A stretch of DNA of 64,000 nucleotides from a virus (taxonomy: Duplodnaviria; Caudoviricetes), in the IMG/VR virus record IMGVR_UViG_3300021255_002056, positions 21,081 through 85,080 of that record. One strand, written 5' to 3'. This document shows positions 10,622 to 22,200 of the stretch, piece by piece. A model generated the notes under the pieces. That model was not told the origin of the DNA. It did no database searches and was given only the letters and a program-made list of their open reading frames with translations. Made by a program: the position numbers and the translations under genes. The stretch's first letter is position 1, and the number at the start of each line of letters is the position of its first letter.

Positions 10622-11035
10622 TTATCCCTCCAATTCTTTAATCCTTTGTCTCCAAGTTTTACGTTTACGAATCGTATCTCGGTATTCCTTGGAATATTTA
10701 ATATTGATTGCAATTATATCTCTGATCCATGTTAAAGGATTATCTAAAGCAATGATTTCCTCTAACCATTTAGCAGCAATATAATCTGTTTCTAATAATC
10801 TTTCTTTTAGTGTTTGTATCTCTTTTTTATTGTTTTCTTCTTCAGAAACCTTATTAATTTGGCTCCATTTTGAATTATCGAAGATGAGCTCATTCTTGCC
10901 TAATTTATACGCAGCCATACGGCCATTTGTAAAATCATAGTCATCAAGATTTAGCTCAACATAGTCTCTTTTCGTCCCAGTATGACGAATATAAACGCAA
11001 TAACCATTGCTGTCCGTTACTACTTCGTATTTCAT
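10622..11035 (-). CDS. Tail fibre-associated / assembly chaperone-like protein
   Basis: LKERLLETDYIAAK...RKTWRQRIKELE pattern typical of genes beside fibre genes; position. Confidence 0.5.
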   Translation of the reverse strand: MKYEVVTDSNGYCVYIRHTGTKRDYVELNLDDYDFTNGRMAAYKLGKNELIFDNSKWSQINKVSEEENNKKEIQTLKERLLETDYIAAKWLEEIIALDNPLTWIRDIIAINIKYSKEYRDTIRKRKTWRQRIKELEG

Positions 11036-11748
11036 AGTGCTTTCTCTACCAAATACACATGCGTTTCAAAAGTGTTATCAAAACTATCAGATGCTACATT
11101 GGCGGTTGCCTTACTTCTGATTCTGCAAGTAAGTATTCCGGTTTCTTTATCGTATTTTTTCTCTAATTTATGAGTACAAGTAACTGACCAAGTACCTGCT
11201 TCGCCTCTAAAATGGTTAAATACATACGAATAAGGATTATCCGGAAGATCTGCACGACCTGTTTTATTTCTAGCTATGATAAAATTGTTTTCCGTATACT
11301 TGTCGTATTTTGTTGGAAATTTTTCCTTAATATTGAAAGTTTGATCACTTCCAAGATCGATAAGTTTACTTGGATCGACTACTAAAACCGGAGTTACTTT
11401 AACAACTTTTTTACTAGATCCCTCAAGAAAATGATTAGAAGTGAATGTTCCAGTATCAGAATCATATTTCTTAGCAAGCCATCCCCATATGGATAAATAA
11501 CTTTCATCTCCAGGAACAGTTATACTATTGCTAGCACTAACATCTTCCATACTTAAGTAATAGAAGTTGTCTACTGTAAGATCCTTATACTTGCTAGTGT
11601 ATTTCTTAATATCCCACTCTGTTCCGCTTCCAAGATTTACAATTTTGGAATTACCCCAAATCTCCTTTTCGCCCAAATAAATTTGCCGTATTTCTTTTTC
11701 GCCGATATAAACTTTATCGACCTCTTTTTCACCCAAGAATAATGGCAT
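11032..11748 (-). CDS. Minor tail protein with internal duplication
   Basis: N-terminal LFLGEKEVDKVYIGEKEIRQIYLG; two related LGSxxxxxIK..KY....NF segments. Confidence 0.55.
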   Translation of the reverse strand: MPLFLGEKEVDKVYIGEKEIRQIYLGEKEIWGNSKIVNLGSGTEWDIKKYTSKYKDLTVDNFYYLSMEDVSASNSITVPGDESYLSIWGWLAKKYDSDTGTFTSNHFLEGSSKKVVKVTPVLVVDPSKLIDLGSDQTFNIKEKFPTKYDKYTENNFIIARNKTGRADLPDNPYSYVFNHFRGEAGTWSVTCTHKLEKKYDKETGILTCRIRSKATANVASDSFDNTFETHVYLVEKAL

Positions 11749-11750
11749 AA

Positions 11751-12377
11751 TTAACTCTCCGGAATAAAGTAAAGAGTGTGCGCATTTTTGGTTTCTAAAG
11801 CTGTGTAATCCGCATCTGAAATGATTTTAAAATTTAAAGTTAACTCGGAATTTGTTGCATCTAATTCGGGAGCAGCTTCTGTTCCAGCCATTGCAAAGTG
11901 AATGCCACTTACAGAAGTACCATTAGGGCCCATAACAGTCATGATGTTTTCAGCAGTATTAACTCCACTAGATCCTGTAGTGATCTTATACAACGGAAGA
12001 TCCCTTAAGGTACCAGATCCGTTAAGATTATCCTTCTTTAAATTTCCTAAAGAAGTAAGATAAACAAATTCGCCTCTTTGGCCATTAGGCGCATTTAAAT
12101 TAATTCTTGCACAAAGATAGAATGTCGAATTAGATGGAAGCTGGTTATCGCCATCAAGTGTTTGTCTGCTCGTTATTTTGAAAAATGAGCCTCCAATAAC
12201 CGCTTCACTTCCTGAATCGAAGTACGCTGTTAAACTGTTTGAAGAATAATGAAGCGTGAACTGATCTCCAACACCTTCGCAAACACAGTCCTGGCCCATT
12301 GTAGCGTATACAGCGCCGTCATATTTAGAATCAATCTGATAATTCTCACCAACATCATATAGCGTTTGTATTGCCAT
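11751..12377 (-). CDS. Baseplate / tail fibre proximal protein
   Basis: C-terminal DADYTALETKNAHTLYFI motif common in phage fibre proteins; position after the Tal-like gene. Confidence 0.55.
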   Translation of the reverse strand: MAIQTLYDVGENYQIDSKYDGAVYATMGQDCVCEGVGDQFTLHYSSNSLTAYFDSGSEAVIGGSFFKITSRQTLDGDNQLPSNSTFYLCARINLNAPNGQRGEFVYLTSLGNLKKDNLNGSGTLRDLPLYKITTGSSGVNTAENIMTVMGPNGTSVSGIHFAMAGTEAAPELDATNSELTLNFKIISDADYTALETKNAHTLYFIPES

Positions 12378-12389
12378 AATAAAACCTCC

Positions 12390-12854
12390 TTACAGTTTCT
12401 GATAAATAAAATTTCTAGATGTTTCGAATTCATCTAGAAGTCGTTTAGGATCATAAATACGAATATTAAAATCCCTATGAAAATATACATTAGACTTGTC
12501 GATCGAATAAGCCTCGAGTAACTCATTGATCAGTCCTATAGTTCTATCTAACGATTCATCAAACTTACTATCACTAAGAGTTGAGCAAATAGCTATCGCG
12601 ATTGTATATTTGTCTCCAAAATCTTTATACATTCCTGTGTGATAGACCATAAAATCGTTAGGCATTAGCTGAATTGTTGTTTTATTATCTACAATGTAGT
12701 GAAAACATGTATTTTCTTTTGATTCTTTATTGTAGTAATTAAAATAATCATTAATGGATTTACTATAATCTTTAGTTTCGTAAATAGTAATTCCACGAAT
12801 ATCTTCAATAGATCTAGGAAGACCATATTGAAGCCATTTTGTTTCATCTAGCAT
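12390..12854 (-). CDS. Amidase_2 / PGRP-fold protein, probably catalytically inactive
   Basis: GITIYET, FHYIVD, YHTG, TIAIAIC, YFHRDF, YDP align with CwlA/XlyA-type amidases, but the first Zn-binding His and the catalytic Glu are replaced. Confidence 0.7.
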   Translation of the reverse strand: MLDETKWLQYGLPRSIEDIRGITIYETKDYSKSINDYFNYYNKESKENTCFHYIVDNKTTIQLMPNDFMVYHTGMYKDFGDKYTIAIAICSTLSDSKFDESLDRTIGLINELLEAYSIDKSNVYFHRDFNIRIYDPKRLLDEFETSRNFIYQKL

Positions 12855-12867
12855 AAATATAATCCTC

Positions 12868-15114
12868 CTAAATCTTTTTAAGTGTTAATAATTGAGTAAG
12901 TTTCGATCTAACTTTTCCACAAATAAGATCTACAGATTCAACATTATAGTTTTCAGCTTTACTAATTTCATATCCGGTTATAACAGAATCGTAGTAATCT
13001 TTCTGTGTATAAATATCAATTCCTGCTCCAAGCCTAAATTGATCAAATTGGTAAATGAAGTTCTTTAAAACCAAAGTAAAACTGATTTGATGATTGTACA
13101 TTTGATCAGGTAAACTATTCGCGACGATATCACTAATCGGGTCATCACTAAATACAATCTCAGTATTTACAGATCGCATTCTGGAAATATCATCTGCTTT
13201 TGCTTCATGCTTATCTGTCTCTGTAGCAACCCATGTCGCTCTATAAGTAACACTATCGCCTGCAAATATAATCAATCGGTTTGTTTCTTCGGCAGTTGTT
13301 ACAGGATTCATGTTTGTGATTGCATAAACATTATCACCAACACTGATCTTTTCATAACTAGGAACTTTTATAGTTACAAAATTGTCATGGTCTGTGTCTT
13401 TTTCAGCAAAAACGTTCATCTCAAACTCAAATATAATTCCATAATGCTCATACAGATAATAAATGAATTCTTCGAAATCCATTATTTCGCCAATAGCATA
13501 TGTCGGCAAATTTATTCCGATGTTTGAAGGTTCATATCTGACTGTAAAACCAGAAAGCCTCTGAGCAACTAACGGATCGACATAGTCACTTCCAACAATA
13601 TGACCAGAAGCATAATAATCGACAATATTTTTAATCGATTTTTCAAGAACAACGTCTGTCGCTTTTGTGGAATTTAATCCTAAAACATCCTCAAAGAATG
13701 GAAGCTTGTACTTTTCAGTAATCTTAGTCCATTTCCTTGCGTCCCATTTTTCAGGAGTAGTAATAGCTGTCCTACATTGGTATATTGCTTCGGAATAACT
13801 TACATAATCACCTACAGCATAAGTTTTTTTCTCTGAGTCGTATGGTTTAAACGATAGATAGTTAAGATATATGTTCCAACCATCATGGCCAGTATCTTTA
13901 TCCGTATAAAGAACGCATAGCTTATTCATTCCTTTAACAAGCTGAAGCTCCAGCATTGTCTCAGTAGCAGCATCAATATCTGCAAGAAGTGCATCGTTAA
14001 GATACACAGATCCATTATCTTCGGTTATCAATGTTGCATTAACAATCGTTGGTTTAGAGCACCAGACATAAGTTGTAGCTCTTGCTGTATAAGCATTGCC
14101 GATGTCTATTCGCCAAGTTCCTGGATCAGGATAAGTGGCTGTTGATTCTGGAGACAAAGCGTCAATGTCATCCATATGCGGATAAGTGCTTCCTACTTCG
14201 CTGTATTTTTCAAAGAACCAGCTATTGTCATATGAAGCAGGTGGTGTTTCGCCCTTTTCATAGATCCACTGACCCTTATAAAAAGACTGCATCTGAGAGC
14301 ACAGTATTCGCTTTTCGTTTGCTGCAGAATCAACATTCTCTATTGACTTGATAACACCGTTGTAAATTGTTTTGCCTTTCGGATCGTAAAGACCAAGAAC
14401 ATCTCCTGGCTCAACATTATCCGGAAGATCATAAACATTTATTGTGCTGTTTGCATTAGTCATCAAATCAACAGAAATATCAAAAGTTTTTACCCTTACA
14501 AATACTTTTGGTACATCCCTTAGTGCTAATTGGTCTTTAATATAACAGCTATACTGGTAAATTCCATCTGTAGAAGGAGTTCTCTTGTACGAAGCTACAA
14601 GAATCTTATTTGTATCTACATGGATGCTTCTTGGATTTTCAATAGATCCATCAGACCATTCATAAAATGTATAATTCGGAAATGGTCTTGCCCAAACAAC
14701 TGTATCAAAAGGTTCATATTGATCATTTTTAGAAACATAAACTGATGTATGCGGTGTATCAGTTATTGCTTCTAGATGCCATTTAGGATCTTCTTCAAAA
14801 TATGCAGTAACATAAATATCTTGATTCGCGTGAATCGAATATGTATTTTCGGTTATCGCTAATCTTTCTTCTTCAACTATGAACCTTACAGAATCTTCGG
14901 CAATAATTGGAGTATTATATGAATCCGCAACCAAGAAGGCATTTAGCGGATAGAACTCCATTTTGAATAAATGATAATGAGTATTCGGAGTAGCTGTAAA
15001 GTCTATCCAGTTCTGCATGTATTCATCAGATTCTGGACTAGATCCATCTGGTGAATGCCTAGTATAAGTTAATGTTCCATTTCCATTTACGGTAACATGT
15101 ACATTCCATATCAT
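12868..15114 (-). CDS. Tail tip/hub (Tal-like) protein with inserted InlB-B-like, beta-sandwich and CBM5/12-like domains
   Basis: Follows Dit; contains YTFYEWSDGSIENPR and TYAVGDYVSY..YQCRTAITTPEKWD modules. Confidence 0.65.
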   Translation of the reverse strand: MIWNVHVTVNGNGTLTYTRHSPDGSSPESDEYMQNWIDFTATPNTHYHLFKMEFYPLNAFLVADSYNTPIIAEDSVRFIVEEERLAITENTYSIHANQDIYVTAYFEEDPKWHLEAITDTPHTSVYVSKNDQYEPFDTVVWARPFPNYTFYEWSDGSIENPRSIHVDTNKILVASYKRTPSTDGIYQYSCYIKDQLALRDVPKVFVRVKTFDISVDLMTNANSTINVYDLPDNVEPGDVLGLYDPKGKTIYNGVIKSIENVDSAANEKRILCSQMQSFYKGQWIYEKGETPPASYDNSWFFEKYSEVGSTYPHMDDIDALSPESTATYPDPGTWRIDIGNAYTARATTYVWCSKPTIVNATLITEDNGSVYLNDALLADIDAATETMLELQLVKGMNKLCVLYTDKDTGHDGWNIYLNYLSFKPYDSEKKTYAVGDYVSYSEAIYQCRTAITTPEKWDARKWTKITEKYKLPFFEDVLGLNSTKATDVVLEKSIKNIVDYYASGHIVGSDYVDPLVAQRLSGFTVRYEPSNIGINLPTYAIGEIMDFEEFIYYLYEHYGIIFEFEMNVFAEKDTDHDNFVTIKVPSYEKISVGDNVYAITNMNPVTTAEETNRLIIFAGDSVTYRATWVATETDKHEAKADDISRMRSVNTEIVFSDDPISDIVANSLPDQMYNHQISFTLVLKNFIYQFDQFRLGAGIDIYTQKDYYDSVITGYEISKAENYNVESVDLICGKVRSKLTQLLTLKKI

Positions 15115-15129
15115 AAACAGTTCACCTCA

Positions 15130-16206
15130 CTATACAGAGAAATAACTGTTCTTGAATGCTACTTCTACAGTTCCATTGAATGTCTCAAGATTACCTGCTG
15201 TCAAATTAAATATTGACCTTCCAACTTTTAATTTGCACCATGTAAAATATGCAATCTCATCTCTAACAGAAAAATCTTGCTTTTGTTCTGGATTTGAGAC
15301 AACTAAGCCGTTTTCTTCTTCCAAATAAATAAAAGAATCACCATCAACGCTATTAATTATTACATGATCATATGTTCCTTTTAGAGCACATAAGCCATAT
15401 CTAGTGTTATTCTGGTATAAAGTAAAAGTCGGATTGCTAATAGTTCCATTGATCGTAACAGTGAAACCAACTTCATCTGTTCCAGTATTAATAATTTCCA
15501 AACCGGATGAGAAATCATCTCCAAGATAGTAGTATGGTCTCATTAAAGGATAGTTCTTACCTACTTGGACTCTTTTCCAATGACTTGAATTGAATGCTTC
15601 TGGAGTAGAAATAGCTGCTATACACTCGTACGTATGAACCATGTCATCATCTTCTTTGTAAACATAGCCATCAACTACTTTAACTCTATCACCAACAGCA
15701 TACGTAGAACTTGAGTCATACTCTGGTGCTATTGAATCATCTGAGCTGTTAGTTAAAACAAACATATGCTCTGACGAGTCAAGCCATTGAGATAATCTAT
15801 GGATCGTTATTTGAGCTCTTAACGTTCCATCCTGGGACATCTCGCCTTTATTAATATTGCTAATAATAACGTTTGAATAAAAACTATACCGCTCATCATC
15901 AACAAAGTTCGGTGTTAAATAATGAAATTCGATTGGCTTAAATCTAATAAAACTAATAAAATCCTGATAATCCTCATAGATAAGGTTTGGGGAGCTGTTG
16001 TAAAAGACAAGCTCCCCTGTAATATCAACCATATCTAATCCTTCAGAGATAAGAAGTTCTGAATTATTAATTTTTCTTGTTTTATATCTAGACTTAAAAC
16101 CAAAGCCAGAAGGAGTACTTAAGAAAGTTTTGCATTTAGTATCATCTGTTAAGTAGTATTTCTCACCTTGAGAATTTACTAACCAAAATTTTCTATAATC
16201 AGACAT
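15130..16206 (-). CDS. Distal tail protein (Dit) with CBM5/12-like insertion
   Basis: Immediately after the tape measure gene; insertion YDSSSTYAVGDRV...YECIAAISTPEAFNSSHW. Confidence 0.7.
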   Translation of the reverse strand: MSDYRKFWLVNSQGEKYYLTDDTKCKTFLSTPSGFGFKSRYKTRKINNSELLISEGLDMVDITGELVFYNSSPNLIYEDYQDFISFIRFKPIEFHYLTPNFVDDERYSFYSNVIISNINKGEMSQDGTLRAQITIHRLSQWLDSSEHMFVLTNSSDDSIAPEYDSSSTYAVGDRVKVVDGYVYKEDDDMVHTYECIAAISTPEAFNSSHWKRVQVGKNYPLMRPYYYLGDDFSSGLEIINTGTDEVGFTVTINGTISNPTFTLYQNNTRYGLCALKGTYDHVIINSVDGDSFIYLEEENGLVVSNPEQKQDFSVRDEIAYFTWCKLKVGRSIFNLTAGNLETFNGTVEVAFKNSYFSV

Positions 16207-16223
16207 TTAGTCTCCTCCTTTCT

Positions 16224-19200
16224 TTAGATTGCGCTTCCAAGAATACGATTAACTTCGTTAGCTATTTGCCTTGAGTACCGCATTACATCTGCTTCAGAAA
16301 GGTCTCTTCCTGCATTATTAACTGTAAAATTAACAGTAACACCACTAGAGTTCTTTCCTAATACGCCATTTTGAATTCCTAAACGCGCAGACGAAATATT
16401 TAAAGCTGCATCATATTGGTCTTCGCTAGAAAGAAGGCCATTAATGGATTTGGCTCCTTCCAAAATATTTGCAGTGTCTAAAACAGGACTAATAATAGGA
16501 TTGTATTCGCTATTTAAAATATCATCGGATGCATGAAGAGCCATTTGAACTGCGTTTGAGATTTTATTTGCTGCATCTCCAGCCGTTGCAATAGCGTCTT
16601 CGGATAAATCGCTTATACCATTAGTCAAACCCATCACAAAGAAACTACCTAATTCATAAGCAACTTTTGATGGTGAATTAACCATCCAATTATCACCAAC
16701 TATTTGTGAAGTTTTTTTAGCGATTTCTTCTGCTTTCGGATATAAAACAGAAATAGCCATTTCATCCATACCATCGGCCAATCCTTTAACCCAGTTCTTG
16801 CCCATCGTAGTAAATATACCAACTGTAGTCATTTTGTGACCTTCGTATTCGGATTCAGAAAAGTGTTTTATTAATTCTTGTACTGTCTTATCAACGTTTT
16901 TATGCAAAGATTTTACAGCGTCTGATTCGGTTAGCACTTTGCTTAAAGAACTTAAATATGTGGTTCCGGTTTCTGTGGCTCCAGTTTCTACTTGTTCGGT
17001 AAGTTGCTCATTATTAAACAATGAACCGAATATTCCTAAGAAGCTGCTTCCAAATCCTTCCGCAGCAGATTCCCCTTCGCTTTCTGTAGTACTATCTCCA
17101 GCAAGAACAGAATTCACAATTTCTTTCAAACCTGAAGCATACTGCTTAACTTTTTCGCCTGCTGCAGATAAAGTAGTTTCAATTCCAGACATATTATCAG
17201 ATTCAGCCATTTCGGCAATCATAGTGCTAATGTCAAGCATTTTCTGTACTTGCTCAGTATCTGGTATAGTTGGTGGGAAATCATTAACAAATGATTTGAA
17301 ACTTCCAGCAAAGCTTGCAATTCCTTTTCCAAGAGCCTTAATATTTGATCCACCACTGAAAGTTCCCTCAGTTGGGTTAAGACTATTTTCAAGCTCAACA
17401 AATTTACCAGAAAGTTCAATAACGCTATCAATAATGTTTCCAAGAATCTCAAATCTATCTGGGTTTAAAGATTTTCTTATAGAAACTTCTCCTGCTCCAG
17501 GAATTGTTTCCGTGATCGTCGAGAATTCTTTGCTAGTGGTAGTTTGAATATAAGTGAATGCATTTAAACCTTCTGTTAAGCCTTCTGCAAATTTCTTAAT
17601 TCTTGCACCAAAATCGCCAAGATTTCCTTCATCGCTTCCCTTTAAAAGACTCATTAAGCTTTTTGACGAAGCAACGCTATCCTCAAGATCTCTTAAAGCT
17701 TCGCCAGCTTTAACTACTCGTTCAAGTACTGCGTCATTAAATCCTTTAGACCCAGTTTCTTCGTCTCCATTTACAAATATATTGGACATTTCGACAAGGC
17801 CTCTGGCAAATGAAGTAATCCTATCTCCAAAATCTCCAAGATCACTTTCACCAATGATTTTTTGTAATAAACCGCCTTTGCTGCCTAAGGATGTTTCCAA
17901 TTCTCGCATAGTTTCACCAGCAGTAGCAGCTATTGTTAATGCATCGCTATTAAAACCACTGCCTTCAGTTCCGCCGACCAAAATATTTGACATGTTGACA
18001 AGAGCTCTGGCATAAGAATTCATTCCTCGACCAAAATCTTCGAGATTTGTCTTTTTGCCAACAATCAAATCTATCAAGCCACCAGAACGGCCTAACGAAC
18101 TTGACAAGTTTGTAAACATTTCTCCTATTTTTGCAGCAGAATCTAATTTTGCTGGACTAATAGTTTTTATTTCATCAGAAAAGCTTGTGATAACTGTAGC
18201 GTATGCTGAGAAGAATTCACCAACTTTTTCGAAATTAAGATTGTTATTCTGGCCTAAAGTTCTAATAGAATTAATAAATGTTTTAGCGCCAAAAACATCA
18301 ATTACAGAACTTACTGCAGTAATTTTAGCAGTAAAATCTGATGGTGTCTCCATTTCGAACAACGGTTTAACACTTTCAACAAATCCAGCAATACTTGCGC
18401 CAATTCGTTCAAGGCCATTAGCAATAGATGCGATTAATCCGCCACCAATATTTTCTATTAAACTGCCAGCAAATCCGCCAATAGCATCTCCAAAGCCTTT
18501 CATGAACATTGCAAAACGATCTATGTCTTCTTGAGAAATATCTGCATTTTGAGATAGAATTGCTGAAGCCACAGTGACAACAGTAAGCAATGCTGCAAAT
18601 ACAGAAAGCAATGGACCAACAGTTGATAAGCTAATAGATGCCAATGAACCTGCAATTGATAATGCCAAAATTGCTCCAGATAAAGCGGCAATTACTTCTG
18701 AAAGCCCATTTGCAATTTGCAATGCAACCTGTGGATCTTTTATATTGGTTGTAAGCACATATAATGCCGCTCCAACCTCAGCAAGTATTACTGCCATACT
18801 AGCCAAAGCTATTCCGACTTGCCCTAAATTTGTAGTGCCAAATTTAGAAATTGTAAAGAATAATAGGCCAAGTGTTCCCAATACAGAAACGATAGAACCA
18901 ACAGATACTATAAGTTTATTTGTATCCAAAAAACTTAATACAAAAATGGACCCGGCGACGAGAGCTATCATAGTGATTAATGTTGCTAAAGCCTTAACAC
19001 TATTAGGATTAAAATTGCCGACAGCTTTTCCCATCAAGCCTACCATTCCACCTATTCCCAAAAGAAGTGCCACAACAGAGCCAACGCCTTTTATAAGTTC
19101 GTCAACATCCATGTTTTTGAATATCAATACAGCTCCTGCCAAAGCATATAAGCTTATTGCTATACTTCCAATAAGAACACCCATGGCGATTATATTTTTC

Positions 19201-22200
19201 CAAGATGTTGCTTCTTTTGTTTTTGGATTAAATGAACTGATCCAAGCCGTAAACGATGCAATAATGCCCATTACAATCATTAGTACAGAAACTGTTGCAC
19301 CGCCTTTTATCAATAAGTTTTTATCGATTTCGCCAAGCTTTTCAATAGCTTTTCCAAATAAAAAGACTGATGCAATAAGCGAAATAGTGAACGCCGCCAT
19401 TCCAAGGAAATCTGTTGAAATACTATTCAAAAGCTTCATAGCAACAACCAAAGATACCAATAACGGAATAGCTGAAATCATACTTATAGTGAGATTCATT
19501 ATTCCCGATATGCTCTTTTCAAGATCCATGGATGATAACTTATCTAAAGCTTTAGAAAGGACAAACAATGTTCCGACAATTGACAAAATCGGTAAAGATG
19601 CGCCAGCATTTAATCCTTTTATTGCACGAGATGCAGCGAGCATAAGAATGACTGAGCCAATAAAGCCCGCAATAGCAGATCCAATATCTTCGAAATGAAT
19701 CTTTGACATTTTCTGTAATGCTACAGCAAGTATATATATGCTTCCTGCAAATCCAATAAGCATTCCGGCAGATACAATAGCATCCTTGTCGCCATATTTC
19801 TTCATTATTGCGATTAACGAACCTACGCCGACAACTAAAGCAATCATACTGCCTATAGCAAGTAATGCAGATTGTGTTATGTCATTAATTTGCTCAAAGT
19901 TTTTCAATGCAATACTTAATACAGTAACAGCTGCAGCCATACCAAGCATTAATGCTGTTAACTTATTAATTCCATTGTCAGATACATCGCCTAAACTTTT
20001 CGAAGATTTACCTACAAAATGATTAAAAACCGCGACGATAGTTAATAATGCAGCAATTGCACCTATAGCTTCAAGCAATGCAATAGGATCTATCTTGGCA
20101 AGTACATACATGGCTGCGGTCAATATTGTAATCGCAATAGCGACTTTTAAAATATTTTCAGTTTTAACATTCTTGGTCATTTGATTAAAATAACCAGAAA
20201 TTGATGTACCAACTTGCCCTATTGTCGTCGAAAGTTGCTTTCCTACTCCAGCAAAAGATTTAAGAACATCGTTAATTGTTTCTATTGGTGTCAACAACCC
20301 GTTTAAGAAAGTAGAAACACTGTTCATCGCTTTACCTATGCCGCTAACCAAAACATAACCTGTAAGGAATCCGGCAAGCTGTTCAAAGCGTTTTCTAATT
20401 TCTGTTGTTATAGAAGATAATTTATCCCAGTCAATATCAAGCTTACTAATAGTGTCTTCGATCGTGTTAATAATGTCATTAAAACCTTTGATCATATCAG
20501 CATTTACAGCTGAAAGCCCATTACTTAAGCTTAATGGCTTTAGAAAATCATTTATATTAAGTTTCTTATCTTTTAATTCGTTGAATTTAGTGTTAACAGT
20601 TCCAAAGAATCCTTCAGCAGATTCACGTATTGTATCAAAAGAAAGATTTTTCAGAGAAAAGTTTTTAATATTATTTAAAATACTGCTAATATTTTCTGAG
20701 ACACTTTCTATCTGAACAAACTGCTCCAACCATTTTTTAACTCTATCTATGGCGTTTCCAATTAATTCAGCACCATTTTGAATTGTTTCTAATATTACAT
20801 TATTGTTGGAAAGCCAATCAACAGCTCTCTTTGAAGCTTCTATAATTTTTTCTGATAGTTCAACTACTTTTTCTCTAAAACCTTCTAAATATGGCTCAAC
20901 AATCGGATAAATGGCTTTTATTCCATCTCTAACAGTATTGTATATACCTTTAACTAAATTACCTACAGCAATACCTATTCCTGCAAGAACCGATAATATA
21001 GGTGAGCCTTTTATGGTATTTATAAATTCTTCAGATTTAAAGAAATCGAAATTAAAATAATCAGAAAGATTTATCTTTTTTAAATTTGAAAAGACAGAAA
21101 CAATCGTGTTTGGAATGTCTTTAATTTTTTCGACTATTTTATTGACAAAGCCATGAATATCTAAACTTTTAAAAAATGAAGACAATTTAATTGTCTTTAG
21201 TCGCTTAAAAGCATTCGCAAAACTTAATGGAAGATTTCTTAGATTGTTAATAATATTTTCAAATGACAAATTCTTTACAGCATTCCATAATAAAACAGGA
21301 AGCTTTTTAAGATCATTAAACGCTGATTCAAAAGAAAGGTTTTTTAAATAAGCCAAAGCATCTTTTATAGACATTGATACTTTATTCAAATCAATAAATT
21401 TAGAAATCCATTTTGAAACTGAATCAGAAATTCCGTCAAATAAAGATTTTACATTTTCTAAATTTACAAATTGGCCAATAAAATTTCTTGTTGAATCAAT
21501 TGCGGAATTTACAATAGTTGTAAGTTTACTGAAATCTCCGGTAAATAAACCACTATTTTTTATCCATTCAGTCATACGGTCAACACCAGTTGTTAATCCG
21601 TCAACAAAATCAGATAAACTTATTTTTACTTTATCAAATGATGGAACCAATTTTACAACATTATCCTTAAAAGCTTTTAGAGAAGGCTGGATTAATCTTG
21701 TGATTGTTCCTACTAGACCTTCCTTTAAAGTTTTGAATAACGTGTTTATTGAATTACCAAGTTTGTCTATTGAACTAAATGCATTTTTAATAACTGGAGC
21801 AACGGTTTTAATCTTCTCAATAATTGCCGAATTTCCAGTTGCATTTTTAATTGCTTCTGTAAAATCATGGACCTTTAAAACTATGTCATAAATAATTTCT
21901 GAAAAATCCCAGCCAAATAAATTCTTCCAAAATTCGCCAAGAATATTTTTTAGATTCTTTATTGTGCCAGTAATATTCGTAATTGTTTCTGAAAGTAATA
22001 CTTGCCCAGATTTTTGATTTAATTTTTCTAATATCTTAGATAAAGGTGCATCTGCATCTTCTAAACTAGCAATAAATTCTTTTATTGCAGCAGCATCTTT
22101 TTTTGAAACACCTAAGTTCTCTAGTTGTGCTTCGGAAAGATGCTCTATATCTTTAGCTGTTAATTCATAACCAGCTTTATGGCCTAATTCAGCCATTTTA

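Noticed and set aside
1-16206. Diversity-generating retroelement targeting tail or adhesin genes
   Set aside because: No reverse transcriptase ORF, and no template/variable repeat pair differing at adenines was seen by eye; it cannot be excluded outside the window.
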